Source: Balanoglossus misakiensis (lineage: Eukaryota > Animalia > Hemichordata). Taken from it: a stretch of 64,000 nt of DNA. Shown here in pieces: positions 48,374 through 60,700 of the stretch. The notes under the pieces were generated by a model, which was not told where the DNA came from, searched no databases, and saw nothing but the letters and a program-made list of their open reading frames with translations. The position numbers were made by a program, and so were the translations under genes. Every line of letters begins with the position of its first letter. The first letter of the stretch is position 1. The stretch covers positions 11,475,403 through 11,539,402 of the forward strand of contig CM082587.2 in NCBI GenBank assembly GCA_040954595.2, in the 5' to 3' direction.

Positions 48374-51029
48374 CCAGCCCCCAAATTGTTCATGAAAAAA
48401 CATTAACAATTTCCATCCTAGCAAATTCAAAACGCCAACATCCATATGTGCCGAAATTACATATCAAATAGAAATTACAAAACAATATCTATAAATATCT
48501 CGAAACGCGAAGTCGAAAGTTTTTCAGGAAACGCGAATACAAGAATCCTTTTCTTCATGAATGTGATGATACATCCTAGACCATGCCCAGACCTCGTCCG
48601 GTCAATCATGCTGCCAAGCATGATATCCAACACATCTGTACTTCAAAGATGAGATCAAACGCTGGACGTAGTGGATAGACTGGCCACTACTTGAGATCGT
48701 TGTTATTACAGCTGCTGGTAACTGCAACCATACCAATACCACTAAGTCTGTGCTTCCAGCAATGTGCACAACTTATCATATGGTCTTTCTAAAACACTGG
48801 ATCTGGTCTTCACCAATACTCGTCTCACCACCCCTTTCCGATCAGGCATAACTTTGACGATTACACCCAAGGCCACGCATTTGTGGAGGTGTTCTCATCC
48901 TTTTCCAATACAAATCTGACAGATACTGCACTTGCTTCCATCTGTGTACAGCATACAAGTCGTTCTTCTCCGTCACACCAGGGGGTGTTGCTGCTCCCTT
49001 CATAGTAAGCAACATACTGGGTGTCAATGCTTTTAAGTCTCTAACGTCGTCCGACGATACTGTAATCTCATGCGGTCCATCTGTACGACGACTTTTGTTC
49101 TTGGCACATCTCAACAATGTGTCACCCACTTTACGTATCCAGGCCACTGCTTTCTTCAGTTTATACCAACTGGAGTAGTGGTCTATCATTTTCTGAACCG
49201 TCTCCTCCGCATTAACGGACATGGATCGATCCGCCCCTTTGTCAGGCGTCTGTCGTTCTCCCGAAACAACAGGTACTGTTCCCAACACAACGGGTACAGT
49301 TTCTTCTTCCGACCTCAAGGCTATTCTATGCACTAGTGCAGATTTCTTCACCTCTGGATCTTCTGGATCTAGCTGTGTATTGTAGCTATCACTTGGCCAT
49401 TTGTCTTGTGTCTTCCGCAAGAAATCAGGACCACCTATCCATCTTTCGTTCTTCAGAAAAGCATCTATTTTCTGACCTCTAGAGCACTCATCTGCCGGGT
49501 TGTCACTGGTATTAATGTAGCGCCAGTTCGCTGGGTCTGATCCTCCTCGAATCACTGCTAGTCTATTCGCCACGAAGGTATGAAATATTGTGGTTTTGTT
49601 GTTTATGTACCGCAGCACGGTTTTGCTATCCGTCCAAAACACGGATTCATTGATTGGCAAATCCACCTCATTTCTGAGAAGTTTGTCAAGCCTCACTGCT
49701 ACAGTAGCTGCAGTTAATTCCATTCGTGGGATCGATATTTGCTTCAATGGAGCCACTCTTGCTTTGGCCATCATCAAAGTGCTGTGGATGTTTCCGCTTT
49801 TGTCGATCAACCTAAGATATGATACAGCGCCATATCCATTTTCGCTGGCATCAGCAAAGTGATGTAGCTGAGCTGTGTCTACTTCACCAAAGTGCTCGGG
49901 CTTTATACATCTGGGTACTGCGAAACACTCTTCTAATTTCGGTAGATCCCTCAACCAATTCTCCCACACTTTGCGTTGTTTTCCAGGAATATCATCATCC
50001 CAGCCTAGTTTTGCTTTACACAGCTGCTGCAAAAGCATCTTGGGTGGCAGAAGCGCTGGTGCTGCCATGCCCAGTGGGTCGTATAATGAACTAACCACTC
50101 CCAGAATTCCTCGTCTGGTCGCTGGTTTCTCTTTAGTACGATTTCTGAATCCGAATTCGTCAGATTCCACGTTCCACTGCATACCGAGTGCATGCTCCAT
50201 TGGCAAGTCATCTCGCTCCAAGTCTAAGTTCTTCACCTCTATCGCCCTTTGTTCTTCAGGTATTGCTTCCAAAACTGGACGCGTATTGCTGATCCACTTT
50301 GTGAGCTTGAACCCTGATTTCTTACAGGTGTCTGTCAGCCCTTCAGCCAAAGACTTTCCTTCCATCACTGTTGATGCTGCCTTCAACATGTCATCAACGT
50401 AGAAGTTTCTAGATATGGTGTTCTTGACACTCAGATCAGAAGTATTGTCTGGAGCTTTCTTCAACGCGAAGTTTGCACAACTGGGTGACGATGTAGCCCC
50501 GAAGATGTGCACTGTCATTCGGTACTCGACAGGAGGTTCCTCTACATTACCATTAGGCCACCACAGAAAACGCTGGAAATCTCGGTTTTCTTGCGACACG
50601 CCAACTTGAGAGAACATAGCCTCTATATCTGACATCAGTGCTATCCGCTCTTCACGAAAACGTATAAGCACTCCTACAAGTGAACTGGTCAGATCCGGTC
50701 CTTGCATTAATTCCTTGTTCAAAGAAGTTCCCTTGTATTCTGCACCACAGTCGAAGACTACCCGGATTTTCTGTTTCTGTGGATGGTATACGCCATGATG
50801 GGGAAGATACCATTTCTTTCCAGGATTGCCTTCCAATTCTTCCTGTGGCACCCTTTCAGCATAGCCTTTGTCTATAATACTTTCCATGAAGGTAGTATAT
50901 TCTTGACGATAGTCATCGTTGTTTCTAAATTTCTTTCCCAACTGAGAAAGCCGATATTCTACTGCCACTTTGTTGTTTGGCATCGTAACACCGTCATCAC
51001 GAAACGGTAATGGCACCTGGTAATGACCA
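47987..51029 (-). mobile_element. BEL/Pao retrotransposon, inverted partial copy (left arm of fold-back): RT, RNase H, deleted integrase, 3' LTR
   Basis: Reverse complement of 51688-54704 apart from scattered SNPs, a 27-bp indel and a 1-bp indel. ORF 48842-51127 has YLPHHGV, RVVFDC, FGATSSP, FYVDD, FADAS and NPADECSRG. Confidence 0.95.
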
Positions 51030-53949
51030 AGGTCAAATGTAGATCGAGTGGTCTTAGTGTACAAACGTACGCCTTTATTGACAACGGCAGTGACACAGTA
51101 TTCTGTACGGAAACACTTCGCCGACAACTGAACGTCGGTGGTAAGAAAACAAAGATTATGCTGAACACTATCACTGGAAGTAAATCAGCTGATAGTCGTG
51201 TTATCAAGGGTCCAGAAGTTTCAGATCTTGATGAGCATTACATCATCAAACTTCCAGCTACATATACGCAAGAGAAAATTCCTGCTTCGAAAGATCTCAT
51301 CGTTACACAAGATGACATTGGCAAGTATCCTTATTTGCGTAAGGTACGCCTGCCTGAGATAGATGCGGAAATAGGCCTACTCATCGGTGGTAACGTTCCT
51401 GAAGCGTTTGAACCATGGGAAGTGATAAACAGTAATGGAGATGGACCATTTGCCGTAGGTACCCGTTTAGGCTGGTTCGTAAATGGTTTCCTTACGGGGG
51501 CTGGCGTGTCAGAAAATGAAACTGCCGCAACAGTCTGTAGAATACAAGTTGGACCGGCGATTGATCAGCAGTTAATCAACCTCTTCAATCACGAGTTCAG
51601 CGAGCGCATCATAGATGACAAACCCGAAGATTCGGTTGAAGATAGAAAGTTCATGAAGATTGCGTACGAACAAACGCAGTTTGTTGATGGTCATTACCAG
51701 GTGCCATTACCGTTTCGTGATGACGGTGTTACGATGCCAAACAACAAAGTGGCAGTAGAATATCGGCTTTCTCAGTTGGGAAAGAAATTTAGAAACAACG
51801 ATGACTATCGTCAAGAATATACTACCTTCATGGAAAGTATTATAGACAAAGGCTATGCTGAAAGGGTGCCACAGGAAGAATTGGAAGGCAATCCTGGAAA
51901 GAAATGGTATCTTCCCCATCATGGAGTATACCATCCACAGAAACAGAAAATCCGGGTAGTCTTCGACTGTGGTGCAGAATACAAGGGAACTTCTTTGAAC
52001 AAGGAATTAATGCAAGGACCGGATCTGACCAGTTCACTTGTAGGAGTGCTTATACGTTTTCGTGAAGAGCGGATAGCACTGATGTCAGATATAGAGGCTA
52101 TGTTCTCTCAAGTTGGCGTGTCGCAAGAAAACCGAGATTTCCAGCGTTTTCTGTGGTGGCCTAATGGTAATGTAGAGGAACCTCCTGTCGAGTACCGAAT
52201 GACAGTGCACATCTTCGGGGCTACATCGTCACCCAGTTGTGCAAACTTCGCGTTGAAGAATGCTTCAGACAATACTTCTGATCTGAGTGTCAAGAACACC
52301 ATATCTAGAAACTTCTACGTTGATGACATGTTGAAGGCAGCATCAACAGTGATGGAAGGAAAGTCTTTGGCTGAAGGGCTGACAGACACCTGTAAGAAAT
52401 CAGGGTTCAAGCTCACAAAGTGGATCAGCAATACGCGTCCAGTTTTGGAAGCAATACCTGAAGAACAAAGGGCGATAGAGGTGAAGAACTTAGACTTGGA
52501 GCGAGATGACTTGCCAATGGAGCATGCACTCGGTATGCAGTGGAACGTGGAATCTGACGAATTCGGATTCAGAAATCGTACTAAAGAGAAACCAGCGACC
52601 AGACGAGGAATTCTAGGAGTGGTTAGTTCATTATACGACCCACTGGGCATGGCAGCACCAGCGCTTCTGCCACCCAAGATGCTTTTGCAGCAGCTGTGTA
52701 AAGCAAAACTAGGCTGGGATGATGATATTCCTGGAAAACAACGCAAAGTGTGGGAGAATTGGTTGAGGGATCTACCGAAATTAGAAGAGTGTTTCGCAGT
52801 ACCCAGATGTATAAAGCCCGAGCACTTTGGTGAAGTAGACACAGCTCAGCTACATCACTTTGCTGATGCCAGCGAAAATGGATATGGCGCTGTATCATAT
52901 CTTAGGTTGATCGACAAAAGCGGAAACATCCACAGCACTTTGATGATGGCCAAAGCAAGAGTGGCTCCATTGAAGCAAATATCGATCCCACGAATGGAAT
53001 TAACTGCAGCTACTGTAGCAATGAGGCTTGACAAACTTCTCAGAAAGGAGATGGATTTGCCAATCAATGAATCCGTGTTTTGGACGGATAGCAAAACCGT
53101 GCTGCGGTACATAAACAACGAAACCACAAGATTTCATACCTTCGTGGCGAATAGACTAGCAGTGATTCGAGGAGGATCAGACCCAGCGAACTGGCGCTAC
53201 ATTAATACCAGTGACAACCCGGCAGATGCTTTTCTGAAGAACGAAAGATGGATAGGTGGTCCTGATTTCTTGCGGAAGACACAAGACAAATGGCCAAGTG
53301 ATAGCTACAATACACAGCTAGATCCAGAAGATCCAGAGGTGAAGAAATCTGCACTAGTGCATAGAATAGCCTTGAGGTCGGAAGAAGAAACTGTACCCGT
53401 TGTGTTGGGAACAGTACCTGTTGTTTCGGGAGAACGACAGACGCCTGACAAAGGGGCGGATCGATCCATGTCCGTTAATGCGGAGGAGACGGTTCAGAAA
53501 ATGATAGACCACTACTCCAGTTGGTATAAACTGAAGAAAGCAGTGGCCTGGATACGTAAAGTGGGTGACACATTGTTGAGATGTGCCAAGAACAAAAGTC
53601 GTCGTACAGATGGACCGCATGAGATTACAGTATCGTCGGACGACGTTAGAGACTTAAAAGCATTGACACCCAGTATGTTGCTTACTATGAAGGGAGCAGC
53701 AACACCCCCTGGTGTGACGGAGAAGAACGACTTGTATGCTGTACACAGATGGAAGCAAGTGCAGTATCTGTCAGATTTGTATTGGAAAAGGATGAGAACA
53801 CCTCCAGAAATGCGTGGCCTTTGGGTGTAATCGTCAAAGTTATGCCTGATCGGAAAGGGGTGGTGAGACGAGTATTGGTGAAGACCAGATCCAGTGTTTT
53901 AGAAAGACCATATGATAAGTTGTGCACATTGCTGGAAGCACAGACTTAG
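51023..53949 (+). pseudogene. BEL/Pao pol: protease, RT, RNase H; integrase core deleted, C-terminus frameshifted
   Basis: AFIDNGSD protease site, FYVDD, FADAS, WTDS. The ORF jumps from the post-RNase H region straight to LTPSMLL..RWKQVQYL. The C-terminus (DENTSRNAWPLG..ERPYDKLC) is in another frame (53749-53949). Confidence 0.92.
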
Positions 53950-54704
53950 TGGTATTGGTATGGTTGCAGTTACCAGCAGCTGTAATAACAACGATCTCAA
54001 GTAGTGGCCAGTCTATCCACTACGTCCAGCGTTTGATCTCATCTTTGAAGTACAGATGTGTTGGATATCATGCTTGGCAGCATGATTGACCGGACGAGGT
54101 CTGGGCATGGTCAAGGATGTATCATCACATTCATGAAGAAAAGGATTCTTGTATTCGCGTTTCCTGAAAAACTTTCGACTTCGCGTTTCGAGATATTTAT
54201 AGATATTGTTTTGTAATTTCTATTTGATATGTAATTTCGGCACATATGGATGTTGGCGTTTTGAATTTGCTAGGATGGAAATTGTTAATGTTTTTTCATG
54301 AACAATTTGGGGGCTGGTGTAAGGACGCCCAGTTCTTAGAGAAACTGAAATATTTAGTCTAGCGCCCTCGCGCTGTGAGTACATTAGCGCATGCGCTTTT
54401 GTTTAGAAAATATCTGGAAAATTCCATGGCGCACATGTGAGGACTTTTGCACAGTTAGCCTGGGGATTTTTGCCAGTTTTCTACGGAAACTTCAACCACC
54501 GCGACGCATCATCCAGTGCCAGTGTTGTATGTTCAGTCATTAAATGTTCGTGTAAAGTTCCGAGCAGCGTTTTCTGTGACATCTGACAAGGAATGTTCGT
54601 CGGCGATGGTGAGCTCCAGTTAGTTAACGGCAAATACTATAGAACCCTGTGGCCTTTGATGTGAATTAGGGCGCCATTTGAGACGGCACATCGAGGTTAC
54701 TACA
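51030..54704 (+). mobile_element. BEL/Pao retrotransposon, 5'-truncated at the fold-back junction (right arm plus 658-bp spacer)
   Basis: Begins in the protease region. PPT gggggctgg at 54309-54317, then the LTR. No gag or 5' LTR. Confidence 0.95.
54318..54704 (+). repeat. BEL/Pao 3' LTR (387 bp), right arm
   Basis: TGTAAGGACG...GGTTACTACA, joined to the satellite at the same unit position as the left LTR. Confidence 0.9.
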
Positions 54705-57700
54705 CTGGTAACGTTGAACAAGTCGATTTTTCTAGGGCCTGGCTCGGCTAAATCTCCGTCACAATATGACAGACACTAGCGTACGTTAGCAACGGTGATC
54801 AAGTCAGATTTTCTACGGCATGGCTTGGATAAAGCCCCGGCACTCTAGAGCAGAAACACGCGTACAGAGACCACGTTGATCTACTCACATTTCCTTCGGC
54901 CTGGCACGGCTGATGCCCCGGCACTATATATAGGACACAGACTGGCGTAAGTTAACAACGGTAATCACGTCGGGTTTCCTACGGCCTGGCTCAGATGAAG
55001 CCCCGGCACTCTAGAGCAGAAACAGGCGTACAGTGACCACGTTGATCAAGTCAGATTTCCTACGGCGTGACTCGGCTGGTGCACCGGCTCTATATGACAC
55101 AGACTGGCGTAAGTTATCAACGGTGATTACGTCGGATTTCCTACGGCATGGTTTAGCTGAAGCCCCGGCACTTCAGAGCGGAAACACGCGTACATTGACC
55201 ACGATGATCAAGTCAGATCTCCTACGGCCTGGCTCGACTAAAACCCCGGCACACCATGACAGACACTAGCGTTCGTTAGCAACGGTGATCAAGTCGGATT
55301 TCCTTCGGCCTGGCTCTGCAAAAGACCCGACACATTAGTACAGAGACGTTGGCTAAGTCGGGCAAACCGAAGAGGGAAAGTCACAGCGGGTCAACACTCG
55401 ACATTTGTTCGGGTAGGACTGCATTATTGCCTGTCAATTTATAGAGAAAGCCCGAATTTAACCAGGGCGTTTCAAACACCGACGTTATTTGGGGGCACGG
55501 CCTGCAGTACTGCCGGGTAAGCTGACATCGGCGTACCGCATATAATGTAGGGGGGGGGGGGGGGGACAGAACGATTCAATACTACATTTATTAGATATCA
55601 GCTAATTTTAGACAATCATCTAAAATCTAAATCAGTTTTTCATATTTGGATATCTGATGATGTATGAAATTTCCAATATATGTAAAAATGGTGCTGATTA
55701 TAAAAAATGCACTCTGAATGAGCTGATTTAATACAAAAATTGCGTTTTATTCGTTTTTGCACCAAAAAGGTCATTTTTAGGCAAAACATTCTTTATTTTT
55801 TTAATTCGGTGGCCTGATCATATATAAGCAATTGCTTGCATGTTAAAAGTTTTTATGACTTTTAAAAGCAGTGACACTGGCGGCATTCAACACGAAAATA
55901 ACAATTTTAACCACAATTTGGTCAAAATGGTAAATTTTTGAAAATTACAAAAAATACCTGTTTTCTACATTTTCGGAAATCTGATGGAGTATAGAATGCT
56001 CTTCGTATATATATATCGATACAAATTCCACAAAAGACCGTCTAATTTGGCTTACTGCATACAAAATTGCGTTTTACCAAATTTTCCTTGAAAATGTCAT
56101 TTTTAGAAAAATAAAATAAAAAAACCTTCGTTCTTCGAATTTGGTGCCCTGATCATATATGACATGTTGATTGTATGTTAAAACTTTCCACCACTCCAAA
56201 AATGCAGAGATATTGACGGAATTCAAGAAAAAATAGCCATTTTGGCCATATTTTGACAAAATGGTACATTTTTAAAAAATCATAAAAAATAAACTCTTTT
56301 CTTCATTTTCGGAAATATTATGGAGCATGAAGTGTCGTTCTCTTGTAAAAAGTGCTGCAAATTCCAGAAAATGTGGTATAATTTGAATCACCCAAGACAA
56401 AATTACCATTTTCGACTTGTTTTCGAAAAATTGTCTTTTTTAAAAAATAAATAAGAATAAATTCTTTTCTTAGTTTCAAACGGGTAGAGATACTTTCCAC
56501 ACGGGTTTCCTAACATTGAATTCCCGTTCATCAACTCAGATTTCCTACAGCATAAGTCGGCTAAAACCCTGACACTCTAGAGCAGAAACAGTTGCACACT
56601 GATAACGCTGAACAAGTCGATTTTACTACGGCCTGGCTCGGCTAAATCTCGTCACAATATGACAGACACTAGCGTACGTTAGCAACGGTGATCAAGTCAG
56701 ATTTTCAACGGCATGGGTTGGATAAAGCCCCGGCACTCTAGAGCAGAAACACGCGTACAGAGACCACGTTGATCAAGTCTGATCTCCTACGGCTTGGCTC
56801 GACTAAAACCCCGGCACACTATGACAGACACTAGCGTTCGTTAGCAACGTTGATCAAGTCAGATTTCCTACGGCATGGCTTTGCTAAAGCCCTGACACTC
56901 TAGAGCAGAAACACGCGTACAGAGACCACGTTGATCTACTCACATTTCCTTCGGCCTGGCACGGCTGATGCCCCGGCACTATATATAGGACACAGACTGG
57001 CGTAAGTTAACAACGGTAATCACGTCGGGTTTCCTACGGCCTGGCTCAGCTGAAGCCCCGGCACTCTAGAGCAGAAACAGGCGTACATTGACCACGTTGA
57101 TCAAGTCAGATTTCCTACGGCGTGACTCGGCTGGTGCACCGGCTCTATATGACACAGACTGGCGTAAGTTATCAACGGTGATTACGTCGGATTTCCTACG
57201 GCCTGGTTTAGCTGAAGCCCCGGCACTTTAGAGCGGAAACACGCGTACATTGACCACGATGATCAAGTCAGATCTCCTACGGCCTGGCTCGACTAAAACC
57301 CCGGCACACCATGACAGACACTAGCGTTCGTTAGCAACGGTGATCAAGTCGGATTTCCTTCGGCCTGGCTCTGCAAAAGACCCGACACTCTAGTACAAAG
57401 ACGTTGGCTAAGTCGGGCAAACCGAAGAGGGAAAGTCACAGCGGGTCAACACTCGACATTTGGTCGGGTAGGACTGCATTATTGCCTGTCAATTTATAGA
57501 GAAAGCCCGAATTTAACCAGGGCGTTCCAAACACCGACGTTAGTTGGGGGCACGGCCTGCAGTACTGCCGGGTAAGCTGACATCGGCGTACCGCATATAA
57601 TGTAAGGGGGGGGGGACAGAACGGTTCAATACTACATTTATTAGATATCAGCTAATTTTGGACAATCATCTAAAATCTAAATCATTTTTTCATATTTGGA

Positions 57701-60700
57701 TATCTGATGATGTATGAAATTTCCATTATATGTAAAAATGGTGCTTATTATAAAACATGCACTCTGAATGAACTGATTTAATACAAGATTGCGTTTTATT
57801 CGTTTTTGCACCAAAAAGGTCATTTTTAGGCAAAACATTCTTTATATTTTTAATTCGGTGACCTGATCATATATAAACAATTGCTTGTATGTTAAAAGTT
57901 TTTATGACTTTTAAAAGCAGTGACACTGGCGGCATTCATCACGAAAATAACAATTTTAGCCACAATTTGGTCAAAATGGTAAATTTTTGAAAATTACAAA
58001 AAATACCTGTTTTCTACATTTTCGGAAATCTGATGGAGTATAGAATGCTCTTCGTATGTATATATCGATACAAATTCCACAAAAGACCGTCTAATTTGGC
58101 TCACTGCAGACAAAATTGCGTTTTACCAAATTTTCCTTGAAAATGTCATTTTTAGAAAAAAAAATAAAAAAACCTTTGTTCTTCGAATTTGGTGCCCTGA
58201 TCATATATGACATGTTGATTGTATGTTAAAACTCTCGACCACTCCAAAAATGCAGAGATATTGACGGAATTCAAGAAAAATAGCCATTTTGGCCATATTT
58301 TGACAAAAATGGTAATTTTTTGAAAAATCATAAAAAATTAACTCTTTTCTTCATTTTCGGAAATATTATGGAGCATGAAGTGTCGTTCTCTTGCAAAAAG
58401 TGCTGCAAATTCCAGAAAAGGCGGTATAATTTGAATCACCCAAGACAAAATTACCATTTTCAACTTTTTTTCGAAAAATTGTCTTTTTTTACAAAATAAA
58501 TAAGAATAAATTCTTTTCTTAGTTTCAAACGGGTAGAGATACTTTCCACACGGGTTTTCTAACATTGAATTCCCGTTCATCAACTCAGATTTCCTACAGC
58601 ATAAGTCGGCTAAAACCCTGACACTCTAGAGCAGAAACAGTTGCACACTGGTAACGTTGAACAAGTCAATTTTTCTACGACCTGGCTCGGCTAAATCTCC
58701 GTCACAATATGACAGACACTAGCGTACGTTAGCAACGGTGATCAAGTCAGATTTTCTACGGCATGGCTTGGATAAAGCCCCGGCACTCTAGAGCAGAAAC
58801 ACGCGTACAGAGACCACGTTGATCAAGTCTGATCTCCTACGGCTTGGCTCGACTAAAACCCCGGCACACTATGACAGACACTAGCGTTCGTTAGCAACTT
58901 TGATCAAGTCAGATTTCCTACGGCATGGCTTAACTAAAGCCCTGGCACTCTAGAGCAGAAACACGCGTACAGAGACCACGTTGATCTTCTCACATTTCCT
59001 TCGGCCTGGCACGGCTGATGCCCCGGCACTATATATAGGACACAGACTGGCGTAAGTTAACAACGGTAATCACGTCGGGTTTTCTTACGGCCTGGCTCAG
59101 CTGAAGCCCCGGCACTCTAGAGCAGAAACAGGCGTACATTGACCACGTTGATCAAGTCAGATTTCCTACGGCGTGACTCGGCTGGTGCACCGGCTCTATA
59201 TGACACATACTGGCGTAAGTTATCAACGGTGATTACGTCGGATTTCCTACGGCCTGGTTTAGCTGAAGCCCCGGCACTTTAGAGCGGAAACACGCGTACA
59301 TTGACCACGATGATCAAGTCAGATCTCCTACGGCCTGGCTCGACTAAAACCCCGGCACACCATGACAGACACTAGCGTTCGTTAGCAACGGTGATCAAGT
59401 CGGATTTCCTTCGGCCTGGCTCTGTAAAAGACCCGACACTCTAGTACAAAGACGTTGGCTAAGTCGGGCAAACCGAACAGGGAAAGTCACAGCGGGTCAA
59501 CACTCGACATTTGTTCCGGTAGGACTGCATTATTGCCTGTCAATTTATAGAGAAAGCCCGAATTTAACCAGGGCGTTTCAAACACCGACGTTAGTTGGGG
59601 GCACGGCCTGCAGTACTGCCGGGTAAGCTGACATCAGCGTACCGCATATAATGTAGGGGGGGGGGAACAGAACGGTTAAATACTACATTTATCAGATATC
59701 AGCTAATTTTGGACAATCATCTAAAATGTAAATCATCTTTTCATATTTGGATATCTGATGATGTATGACATTTCCATTATATGTAAAAATGGTGCTGATT
59801 ATAAAAATGCACTCTGAATGAGCTGATTTAATGCAAAATTGCGTTTTATTCGTTTTTGCACCAAAAAGGTCATTTTTAGGCAAAACATTCTTTATTTTTT
59901 TAATTCGGTGACCTGATCATATATAAACAATTGCTTGTATGTTAAAAGTTTTTATGACTTTTAAAAGCAGTGACACTGGCGGCATTCAACACGAAAATAA
60001 CAATTTTAGCCACAATTTGGTCAAAATGGTAAATTTTTGAAAATTACAAAAAATACCTGTTTTCTACATTTTCGGAAATCTGATGGAGTATAGAATGCTC
60101 TTCGTACGTATATATCGATACAAATTCCACAAAAGACCGTCTAATTTGGCTCACTGCAGACAAAATTGCGTTTTACAAAATTTTCCTTGAAAATGTCATT
60201 TTTAGAAAAAAAAAATAAAAAAACCTTTTATCTTCGAATTTGGTGCCCTGATCATATATGACATGTTGATTGTATGTTAAAACTTTCGACCACTCCAAAA
60301 ATGCAGAGATATTGACGGAATTCAAGAAAAAATAGCCATTTTGGCCATATTTTGACAAAAATGGTAAATTTTTAAAAAATCATAAAAAATTAACTCTTTT
60401 CTTCATTTTCGGAAATATTATGGAGCATGAAGTGTCGTTCTCTTGTAAAAAGTGCTGCAAATTCCAGAAAAGGCGGTATAATTTGAATCACCCAAGACAA
60501 AATTACCATTTTCGACTTTTTTTCGAAAAATTGTCTTTTTTACAAAATAAATAAGAATTAATTCTTTTCTTAGTTTCAAACGGGTAGAGATACTTTCCAC
60601 ACGGGTTTTCTAACATTGAATTCCCGTTCATCAACTCAGATTTCCTACAGCATAAGTCGGCTAAAACCCTGAAACTTTAGAGCAGAAACAGTTGCACACT

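Noticed and set aside
48842-51127. ORF 48842-51127 as an independent 761-aa gene
   Set aside because: Its first ~33 residues are antisense read-through across the fold-back junction; the rest is the mirrored BEL pol.
56620-57400. 5S rRNA similarity of cctacggcc in the reversed 81-mers
   Set aside because: Only ~9 nt match the 5S 5' end; no A/C boxes or downstream 5S sequence.
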